64,000 bases of DNA, from assembly GCF_009914755.1 (NCBI RefSeq), contig NC_060930.1; one strand, given 5' to 3'. The translations under genes and the position numbers were made by a program. This document shows, piece after piece, positions 52,119 through 64,000 of this stretch. The stretch is from the human T2T-CHM13v2.0 reference genome, Homo sapiens. Below the pieces are notes generated by a model, which worked only from the letters and a program-made list of their open reading frames with translations, did no database searches and was not told the DNA's origin. Numbering within the stretch: position 1 is the first letter of the stretch; every line of letters begins with the position of its first letter.

Positions 52119-53999
52119 TTTCAGGCCATGTGCAAGCAGCTTTACCACCACTTGGATCCGTAACAGATCTAATAGTGCTGGAAGCATCCATAGCCAATCA
52201 GGATACGATGGTGTCTTATTTTAAAATGTTAGGTCTTATTTTAAAAATGTAAGACTGAACATACCACTGCCAGAATATGCCACTGCAGAACCCCTCAAGG
52301 AAAATCATAGGCAAGGCTGTATGTCCAATCACAGAGTTGGTGGAAGACTACAGCATCTCAATACAAGAAAGACCACACAGAAATAGGACCTCTCAGGAAA
52401 AAAGACTTAGATTGCTCCACTAGATAAAGAGCACTAACCAGCAGAGGCGCCGGATATGGTGAAAGGAAATACATGCCAGGATAAAGCAAGGATGCTCAAC
52501 AGTCCAACCTCAGACTCACAAGCCTTGGAAAAATGAGGACTGTAATAGCATTGTTTTCCTTCTTTTCTCTATCCTAGTCAATTTATATTTGTCCTCCCCG
52601 TTTCCCTTAACATTTTATATTGGATGTGTTTTATATAAGATGTGACTTTATAATTAGGTCTACGGGTTATAAGATATCAAGGGAGGATTATGACTGAACT
52701 CGAATGAACACCAGGACAGAATCTAGAACATAGAACCTCCGTGAGAGCAGGATGCAGTGGCTCATGGCACTTCCCCATTTTGGGAAGAAAGTGAGTTCCA
52801 TGTTTTACTGCAGGGGGAATCATTGCCATTTGGAAGTGTACGTATGAGAAGAGAGGAGTGCATGGGAGTTGAGTAACCAGGTGGAGGACTGTGATGGGAA
52901 CTGCGGATTGAGTCACCAGCAACCATGCTGACATCATCCTAGCATGCCTTCATGTATTGTAGGAGCTGGGACGCTGGAGTTTTTACTATATTTCCCCAAC
53001 TCCCTTGCATCTAGGGTTCTACGGTGATTTAGATTCCACTATTCAGGAGAATTAGTGCGAGATTAGGAAGGCATGTTTCTAATATTCTGCTGTCAAGCAC
53101 CATTGTGAAGGTACCTGGTTTCGCTCTGAAAGCGGGAGGAGAGGTCTCAGTGTCTACTTACTGGCTTTGTGGAGTATTAAAAAGCACTGCCCAGGGAACC
53201 TATTTGCTGGTGTGGGTTATGCCAGGGGTGTCACGGTTTTAGAGTTGGCAGCACTAGCAGTAGCTTTCGGCTTGGGGGAGTTTCTTGACTATATCAATTG
53301 CCTGTCATGGTGGTTTCCGACCCGGGCAGGTGGCATGGTTCTGGGGCTAGCAGCTGTGGCCACCGTTTCCCTACGCCACTGGTGTCTGCTGAATTCGAGG
53401 AGGGGCATTAGATTCTTTAGTTCTTCAGGGTGGCTTTGGGTCGTGTTCTTAAAAGATCAGTCTGGAATCTGACCCTTCAGTCTTCCCAAAGAGTCTGTAA
53501 ACCACTTAATATCCTGCCGCAAATCCCTTTCTGCTTAAACTAACTAGATTGAATTCCGTTCTCTGCAAGCCAGCCTGGGCGATAGACCACAGAACCCTCT
53601 GCGCTGTTCCTCTCCCTGTGGATTCTTTTTTCCCAAACCAAGTCACTACACGTGGATCTAGAATATATTATTTATTCTTCTCGGCCAAACCACAGGCTTT
53701 CCTTTTTACAAAATCAACTTGAGGTTTACCCTCTGTGAAGCCGTTTCAAATGAGGTCGAACACGCTTCTCACTTCCTCTGCAACTGTGACCCGGACACTT
53801 TGGTAACGGCTTACTGGGGGCTCTAAGACCATTAATCGGTTTCAGAACCGGAGTCCCTGTGCCTCCCTTGGGAAGCACTTTTCACATAAAGTAAAAAGTT
53901 CGGTGACCTTAGCAGGGCAGACGAGGCCTTAAACACTGCAGTTTAAAGCTGGGATGGCAAAAGACGTGGCCACCTCTTCCTCTAGTCTTTCCAACTCTC

Positions 54000-54360
54000 T
54001 CTCTTCCGCTTCCTTCTCCCTCCCCTTCTCACGACGCCCGGCCATTGCCTCTGAAGCTGGATGGTGGCTGGGCACGCCCCGCCAGGACATTCGTTCAGGG
54101 GAGGACGCCCGAATCTGTCAGCAAAGCATCCCTACCTGCAGGAGGCCCGGAGCTCAGCGCAGCCCCCCACGCCTGCCCAGGTCCCCGAAACGCGGCTGCT
54201 CCAGCGCCGGGGGCGCACACCGCCCCCTGGAGGCGGGCCCTGGCCCTGAGCCCCGCGCTCCCGCCGGCGCCGACTCCACTTCGCGGCTGCGCACTTTGCA
54301 CTTGGCGCCCAGCCCTGGCAGATCGGGACGCAAACACACACGCACCCACGGTTTACAAGA
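54000..54360. promoter_or_regulatory. Orphan CpG island with a CTCF-like motif
   Basis: High GC and CpG density. ccgccccctggagg at 54220-54233 reads CCTCCAGGGGGCGG on the minus strand. Confidence 0.75.
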
Positions 54361-54642
54361 AAGACTCTTCAAAGGAAAACTAAATGGGGGGTGGTCGTTC
54401 TAATAAATATAACGTGCAAGGCTCAACTATGTGAGTAATCATTAGAAAATGCAGAAAATGTGTTTCTCTTTATCTGCCATTCCCATTCCAATTCACTGCT
54501 TTTTTAAAACCCATTTATGCCCTTCTCAGAAGCCTCCTCCGTGAGCAATATCATCCAACTTCGACAGCAGCGTCAACCGCTTTAGAAAATGAAAAGAGAT
54601 AATAATTGGCAATTAACATCATCTACGTTTTAATACATTTTA

Positions 54643-55019
<377 letters not shown>

Positions 55020-56082
55020 CTATGTGTCATTTCCAAAACTCAATATTCTTTGAATAATAAAACCAACGCTTTCTCTAACAACTTGTGTGACATGTCCCCG
55101 AATCAGCATTTAAGATTTCGAACTAAAACGTAATCCGAAGAGATTCCTTAATGGGAAGGTTGGCAAACTTGCCAAGGACATAGACCTGTTCCTGTTCTTA
55201 CTTCAGCTGGGCTTTCTTTTAATGAGTGGATTGCATTATACACTTTTTTGTTATGTTTTGCATTCACATATGCATAAAATGCTTTTCACTAGGAATCAAC
55301 CAGATATTAAAAGAACGTAAACATATTCTGGCCATAAATGATAAAAGCTGCATTTGTAGACATGCTCAGCATATCTATTATTGGCCACTGGGTCAATGTT
55401 GAGAATTCCCAAAAGAAGTCCCCACCTACATGGCAAAGCTGATGGAGCCTACAAACCGGGAACATCGTAAGTATTAACCATCCTGAAGTATATTCTCTCT
55501 TACAAGACGGTGGAAAAACAAACGATGGGCATCTAGAATGACAATAGCTTCCTACTCCTCCTGCAGTTAAGAAAGACAAACGCTGAGAACCGTTGGAAAG
55601 GCAAACAAAATTGTATGCGAAGGTCACATTCAGCCAGAAGAGGTGCTCCCAATTACGTTTACTTAAAGGGAGAGGTCCAGACACATTTTTGGTATCCTCC
55701 TTTAAAAAATGTTGCAGTCCTTAAAATTTGGTAAGCTTCTGTGACTAAAAGTATCTTTACTGCTACCTAAAGTATGTACATATGTGCATGTTTAAAATCC
55801 CTTCTTTTCATCATTTTCAGAGACACTATTTCAATTTCCTGCCCTGAAACATGTGGAATTTCATTTTAAACAAAAGTCTCCTTTCAGGGACTTGCAGGCT
55901 TGGTGTGGCTGATTGGTGCTGGAGGCCGCTCAGGACGCAGTTTCTCACCTCGTCACACATGACCTCAGACATAGCAAGTGCCGTGCAGAGTGAGCTCTTG
56001 CTCTTCAACTGAGATGATAACCAGAAGCCTGGGCCGTGTCTTCCACATTCTCTATAGCTGCTGCATGGTGCCTGTATTATCT

Positions 56083-56273
56083 TTTTTTTGTTTGATTGTT
56101 TGTTTGTTTGTTTGTTTGTTTGTTTGTGGCAGGGTCTCACTCTGTTGCCCAGGCCGGAGTGCAGTGGCATCAATCCTAGCTCACTGCAGCCTCAACCTCC
56201 TGATCTCAAGCTATCCTCTTGCCTTGGCCTCCCAAAGTCCTGGAATTACAGGCATGAGCCACCATACCCAGCC
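56083..56273 (-). mobile_element. Internally deleted AluJ/monomer-like element with a (TTTG)n tail
   Basis: Right-arm 3' half joined to the left-arm 5' half. Confidence 0.85.
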
Positions 56274-56733
56274 CATATTATCGTTATAATACACACAGGG
56301 ATCCCAGGAATGAATAAGAGCTAGTACATGTAGAGCATATTCTATGTGCCAGGAATGTATTATTACATGGAATCTCTCACAGCTTTGTGGAAGGTAGGGA
56401 CTGAAATTGCCTCCATTTTCCACCTGAGTACACTGAGGCTTATAGATGATAGTTACTGGGCCCGAGGTAAAGGAGCCCAGGGGTCCAACCCGGCACCATT
56501 ATGCTTGGCATTATATTGTTTTCTTTTAATAACTGCCTTTAATTAATTAATCAGGCACATTATTCTTCCCTTAGACCTGTATGTAATCGACAGTCAGTAA
56601 ATGAGAAATAAGAATGATGGTTGCAAAGCCAAATAACACCAATGTGCTCAGATAAAAGAGTTTTTAAAATTTAGTTCATACTGAAGACCTTTCTACAGTG
56701 AGTTATTCCCAGAGTTTTACAATTAACTTATCA

Positions 56734-57078
<345 letters not shown>

Positions 57079-57478
57079 TTAGACTATATTTCAACTTAAC
57101 TCATAATGAAACATTTCAGCATTTATTTATGTCAGGTTAAATTAAGTCTAAATGGATCATGAAGTCTTTATGCTTCCCCTGAAAATGAAAAACGAGGGCT
57201 ACATAATTTTTACATGTGAAGGATTTAAGCTTTACAATGCCATATAACAAAAAGATTTCCCATTCCAAGACAGTGTTCCCAAGGAAATTAAGCTTTCTTT
57301 TCTCCACCATGATAGTTTACTCAAACAAACAAACAAACAAATAAACTAAACTTTGAAAGAATAATAAGTTTAAGAGAGTGGGAGAATGAATGAGTTCAGG
57401 CTTTTATGTAACTGTCATTCCACCAAGGGGGTTCAGGCAGCGTCAAGACAGTTAGACTAGGTAGTCTTTATTGCCTCT

Positions 57479-57857
57479 GTTTGGGTGGTTTGGATCTGTG
57501 TCCCCGCCCAAATCTCATGTTGAAATGTGATCCTCATTGTTGGAGGTGGGGCCTGAGTCACGGGAGAGGATATCTCATGCGTGGTTTAGCACCATTCCTT
57601 TGGTGCTATTCTCGTGACGGTGAGTGAGTTCTCTCAAGATCCGGTCGTTTAAAAGTGCGTGTGGCACCTCCCCGCCCCCTGCTCCTGCTCCCACCGTGTG
57701 AGACATCTGCTCCCTCTTTACCTTCTACCATGACTGGAAGCTTCCTGAGGCCTCCCCAGAAGCAGATACCTGTGTATCTTCCTCTGCAGCCTGCAGAACC
57801 ATGAGCCAATTAAACATCTTTTCTTTATTCATAGCAATGCAAGAACAGCCTGATATA
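57479..57857 (+). mobile_element. MSTA-like MaLR solo LTR
   Basis: ggtttggatctgtgtccccgcccaaatctcatgttgaa...cctgcagaaccatgagccaattaaac, TSD cctct. Confidence 0.9.
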
Positions 57858-57904
57858 CCTCTCCAATTTTTCTAGCTTTTTATTGAAAAAAATATATATA
57901 TATA

Positions 57905-58790
<886 letters not shown>

Positions 58791-59099
58791 TGATTTGCTC
58801 TTCCCCTTGAAAAGGTGTCTCAGTTATGCCATTTCTAACTACTATGAATAAGGATGTCTTTTTTCTGTGCAATTTCTTAGTAGGGAGGATACACAAAGTC
58901 TTGCATGGTCTAACGGAAAGAGCACAAAATTTACAGCCTAACAGATTTCTGTGGAAGACCCACTGCCTGTGAACTATGTGATCTTGGGCAAGCTATTTAT
59001 ACCATAATTATATCATTTATTAAATAGGAACAATAATGACTGACTTATGAAGTTATTGTAAAGAGTGGCAAGAGAAGCACATATAAAGCATCAATCACA

Positions 59100-59503
59100 T
59101 CATACTTTTTTATATGAAGTACAGAAATCTATTTCTTACAATTCTGGAGGCTGGAAAGTCCTAAGTCATGAGGCTTGCTTCTGGCAAGGGGCTTCTTGCT
59201 GTGTTGTCCCATGGTGTGAAAGATGGAAGGGAAAGAGAGTGCATGTGTGCATGAGAAAGATAGGGGAGAAAGAAATGAAAATATGAAACTTTTCATTCAT
59301 TTAAGCATGAAATAGTGATGGGCATAGAACTAAAACATCACTAGGGCCCAATTATTAAACCTATTACTCACATGATGTTGACATTAATCCATTCACGAGT
59401 GCAGAACTCTCATGACCCAATCACCTCTTGAAGGTCCTGCTGTTGCATTGAAGATTTAGTTTCCAACACAGGAACTTTGGGGAACACATTCAAACCACAG
59501 TAC
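59100..59503 (-). mobile_element. MST/MLT1A-type MaLR LTR carrying a 90-bp foreign insert
   Basis: cagaaatctatttcttacaattctggaggctgg...attaatccattcacgag...ttggggaacacattcaaaccacag. Confidence 0.82.
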
Positions 59504-60139
59504 CTGCCATATCTTGCTGTAACTTAACCTGAGTTCTCAGTTCTGCATGTTCATGTGCATACATCATCTTTTTATCCACACAGTCATGCTCTTCCTGCAC
59601 CCATATTGCTACTTTCCTTTCCTACACACAATTTGAGAACTATATTTTTAAAATCACCACAGATAGGAAGATTGTTTCCTGAAAACAGTCTTTTTTCAAA
59701 TGACATCCCCAGAATTTGGACCATTTTTGACCCTAACAAGCCTGCCCCTGATTTGAATGACATGGCTTCTGAGTGCAGTGCTTGTCCTGGAAGCTGGTCT
59801 TGTCCTGGGAATAGCATGTCAGTAGGCAGAGCCTCAGGTGGGCAGGATGGCAAGCTGTAAGACAGGAGGCAGGAGAGGGCGTGGGGCAGGCATGGGATGG
59901 GGTTCAGGCATGAGCAGCTCAAGAGCCGGGGCAGATGGAGTCAAGGCAGAAAGGGCTTGCTGGAAATTGGGAGCCAGGCATTGAATGAACAGTCAGGGCT
60001 GAGGGTTTTTGTAGCTGGGTTGAATCCAGAAGGCGAGGGCCTGGAACCAAGGCAGCTAAGCTCAATGCTGTATTGAGAGCCCAGGCAATGTAATATCTCA
60101 GGACCCAGGAGAGAGACCTTCTGGGGACCTTGCATGAGA

Positions 60140-60340
60140 CTGTAAAGCCAGACTGTCTGGGTTTAAATCTTGGCTCTGCCCCTTATAGCTGAGTATCTGG
60201 GAGCAAATTATTTCACTTCTCTGTGCCTCAGTTTCCCCATCTGTAAATTGGATGACTATAATAGTACCTTCCTCAGGGGGCTGTTTAAGTGAGTCAAAAC
60301 AGGTAAAGTTCTTAGAAGTGGTAGTTGGCCCATAGTGCCA
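60140..60340 (+). mobile_element. MIR
   Basis: Core cttctctgtgcctcagtttccccatctgtaaa. Confidence 0.88.
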
Positions 60341-60799
60341 TCAGATTCAGCTATTTTCTTTTAGAAGTTAACCATTAGACCACTTTGCATATGGAGGATT
60401 CTTCTCCAAGGGTATGTCACAGGCCCTGAGCAGCCTCTGATGCTGCTGAAAGGGGAGCTTATCTTATCTCCAACCCAGGGGAGTCTTGGCCTTGGTTAGC
60501 AAGATAAATTTTTAGTAATGTGTGTTATTATTCTACCATTATGGAGATATCAACAATGGCTCTGTTCTCTTCCTGGGATGTTCCTCTCCAACCTGTCCTC
60601 CTAACTCCATGCGGCTTTTCAACATTTCAGTCAACCATTACCTCTTCCAACAGGTCCTCCCAAGCCCCCAGGCGGAGCTGCCAGCAGCTGCCCTGTCTTT
60701 TGTGTTATCAGCATTTATCAAACCACTCTTAGTTTGCTTGTTTCTCTTCCTCACTAAAATGTGAGCTATTATACTCACAGATAATGCCTCTGTGTTTTT

Positions 60800-61345
60800 T
60801 ATTTAAATGTTGTTTTCATGTTAAAATATTTCATGCAGAAAAAAATATATAACTGACACTTAAGTACCCACCACCAAAATTAAGCAAAAATTGATAGTTT
60901 GTCTATTTGGCTTCATCTTTCTTCTTTAAAAAAAGTAATGTTACCGACCAGATAAAGCCTCACCCCCATACTTCCCTCATGCTTTCCTTTTCAGAGGAAA
61001 TGCCCATCTTACAGCATGTTTTTGTAATTTTATTTCACACATACAAATTCCTGATCAAGATATACTATTGCATGTATTGGATCTTTAAGGTCTATGTAAA
61101 TGGTATCAGGCTGGGTGGATACTTTAGCTACTTTCTTTTTTTTAGAACTGATGTTTTTGAGATTTATTCATGGTATAATATGTACCTTTTTTCATGATTT
61201 TAACAGCTGTATTATATTCCCTTCTGTGAATAAGTTACCATTTATTTAGCCATTTTCCTACTCAGGGAAAGTTGAATTGGTTCCTTTTGCTGCTTCAAAC
61301 AGTGCTCCAACGGACAACTGTGAGCATCCATCTTTGTGCACACAT
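60800..61345 (-). mobile_element. L1ME-like 3' fragment
   Basis: tatgtaaatggtatca, tgtttttgagatttattcatgg, ttatttagccattttccta. Confidence 0.65.
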
Positions 61346-63241
61346 GTCTGTGAGCTAATACTTGTCAGCGTTTCTCTGGGGGAAGAGATGACTCCACATT
61401 GCTTACTCCCAACACAGTGCCTGAAATAGCAAATGACCAGTCAATGTTTGTTGAAGGAAGAAATGAAAATATGAAACTTTTCATTCATTTAAGCATGAAA
61501 TACTGATGGGCATAAAACTAAAACATTGCTAGGGCCCAATTATTAAAGATATAATTATAGCTATGCAGGAGCATTTACAAATGTGAATGGGCTGCTATTT
61601 CTTGGCTTAAGCCACAGAAATTCCTGTTCAAATGAATTATGGGGGAAATGAAGATATAATGCCAGAGAAAAGCAGTCACTCCCTGGGTTGACTTTAGCTA
61701 TGTATCCAGTTCAGTTCTGAAGACAGAGCTTCAATTGTTATTGCAGATGAAACTGAAGGGCCAAGTCAACCACAGGGCTCTGATTTATGGCACTATGAGT
61801 TGCAAAGGGATCTAATACCTTGCATTACAATGAGGCCTTATTCGCTTTCATGCGAATGATCAGGGACTGGATCACACATAAACAGATACACTTTGCCTTA
61901 AGAGGCTACTTGGGGCATATGATGCCACATGTTGGAACAACATTGAGATCACTGAGCTGCTTAAGCTAAACATTATTCAGCTTCTGATGCTGCTTTAGAA
62001 ACTAAATTATAAAACCTCATAACTTTGTTGTTTTCCACCTTTCCCAGGTGAGAATCTCCCACATGCAAAGGTAGTGTCAAAAATCCATCCATCCCAAACC
62101 ATGGGAATACCTATGCTTTCCTTAACTAAATCATTAGCAATAGAGATGAGATTATACTTATACCAATTAGATCCACTCCATAAAGCTAAGTAGAGAATTA
62201 GCTTTCCCATAAGTCATATGAAAGCGAATACCACATGGGAAGGTAGATGCCTGAACTTTCCTCTTAAGAGGAAAGAAGCAAGGGATAAATCCTGAGAAGA
62301 CAATCAACTGTGTCAACTATAGTCCACCCCTTTAGCTTCCTGATATCCGTACTCTTCTTGCTCATGCCTACATGAAATGTACTCAATGAAACTCCAGTTC
62401 TCTGTGTAATGTACAGTCATCTTCATCAAGTGGTTTCTCATGTTCAAACAACACACGAAACCCAAGAGAGTTGTAATTAAAAATCAAAAAATTTGAGTAC
62501 AATATAGGAGATCAGGAAAGGGCAGCATTTCTGCTGCAATTTGAAAAGCTAAATTGGAATGATCATGTTTCTAAAGGCACTGGAGAGACGCAAAAGCAAC
62601 AATAATTAGATGAAATAAATTTCAAATAAGAAAGAAGTCCTTTCAAGGTAATCCAAGGGTCACTGGCCATTTTTTTTTTTCCTGGGAGCATTTGCCAACT
62701 CTGACCCCAAAAAGAGGTGCTAGGCTCAGGTAAGGAGATGCCATAAGAGCTTTTGGCAGTTGCATCAAACCAGCCCAAAGAATTGGAAGTGAGAGAGGGC
62801 CAAATGCAAAGCTGGCTTTCCTCATTAGTCATTGGCTGAATGCAGGGGTGGTGTAGAAGACTGCGGAGTCTGGCCAGAAAGACAGAGTAAAATCTTCCAC
62901 AGTCTCAGAGTGCTGTGAAGATAATGTCCTGCTAGAGAGAAGGAGCCTAGAATAAGGAAACAACAGGTCTTCATTACAACATGTTTGTCAGATTTTGAAG
63001 CTACATCTAGCAGCAGAGGGTAAAAAACTAAGCTAAAACCTTGGAATGACAAAAAGTCTAAGGCTGAAGAGAGAAAGAATAGCTAGGCTCAATTCAAAGC
63101 CTAAAAGGACCACAGCCAAGGAATAGGGATTAACCAGAGCTGAACCAAGTTTTACTAAAACTGCAACCTAGTCCCAGCCCAGCTCAGATCCCCTTTTCAT
63201 TTAGGTAATCATAGGATGCTACACAGAAGAAAATGAAGACT

Positions 63242-63563
<322 letters not shown>

Positions 63564-63576
63564 AGAAAATGAAGAC

Positions 63577-64000
63577 CATTCCTGATTTTAAAAAATCATA
63601 TGGAGCTGGTGTAGTTATTTTGTGTGTAAGCACACAACAACAAAGAGACAGGAAGGTATGATCAAAAATCAAGACAAAAATGAACAATAGAGGCAAACTT
63701 ACCAAAAATACAGGGTTTGGAATTAGAAGGGAAGGATATTCAAATACATAACATTATATTAAAGAAAGTAGAGGAAAAGATGAACAGAAATCAACAGAAA
63801 GTAGAGGAAAAGATGAATGGAAATCAACAGAGAATTGGAATCTATACAAAACAATCAAGTCAACATGATAAAACTGAAAAACTATCTTTAATTAAGAATC
63901 TTAATTTCTTAATTTCAGGTGGGTATCATAAAAGGCTGGAAACAAAAGAAGTCAAGTTAGAGACAAATAGAAAATATATACACTGAAGCACAGAGAAGAA
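63577..64000 (+). mobile_element. Old L1M ORF1-like relic with a 33-bp tandem duplication (63763-63828)
   Basis: A-rich, coiled-coil-like degenerate coding sequence; agaaagtagaggaaaagatgaa(ca/tg)gaaatcaac x2. Confidence 0.55.

Noticed and set aside
61781-61790. PBX-HOX motif TGATTTATGG in unique sequence
   Set aside because: A single 10-mer is not unexpected in 64 kb, and conservation cannot be assessed here.

Overview
Primate (probably human or great-ape) genomic DNA, dense in Alu, L1, L2, MIR, LTR and DNA-transposon relics. I find no intact protein-coding gene. The only gene-derived element is a minus-strand processed pseudogene of ELF2 (ETS factor, NERF-1b-type isoform, about 11172-14453). 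It has four frameshifts, an intact ETS-domain ORF and a 5' end that is still CpG-rich. Other features: two 7SL-derived copies, a 24 x 50-bp minisatellite grown inside an old L1, a nested ERVL > Charlie2 > Zaphod/L1/Alu cluster, two orphan CpG islands carrying convergent CTCF-like motifs, and several purine microsatellites. The most unusual signal is a recurrent pattern of locally templated copies. These are a perfect 24-bp inverted copy (17500 to 21035), a 52-bp inverted copy (47881 to 52235), a 90-bp direct copy (61458 to 59270), and a 770-bp inverted duplication 40 kb apart (47618-48417 vs 6974-7744), plus an internally inverted Alu. I see no multi-gene novel system. Repeat subfamily names come from recalled consensus motifs, boundaries are approximate, and both need RepeatMasker/Dfam confirmation.
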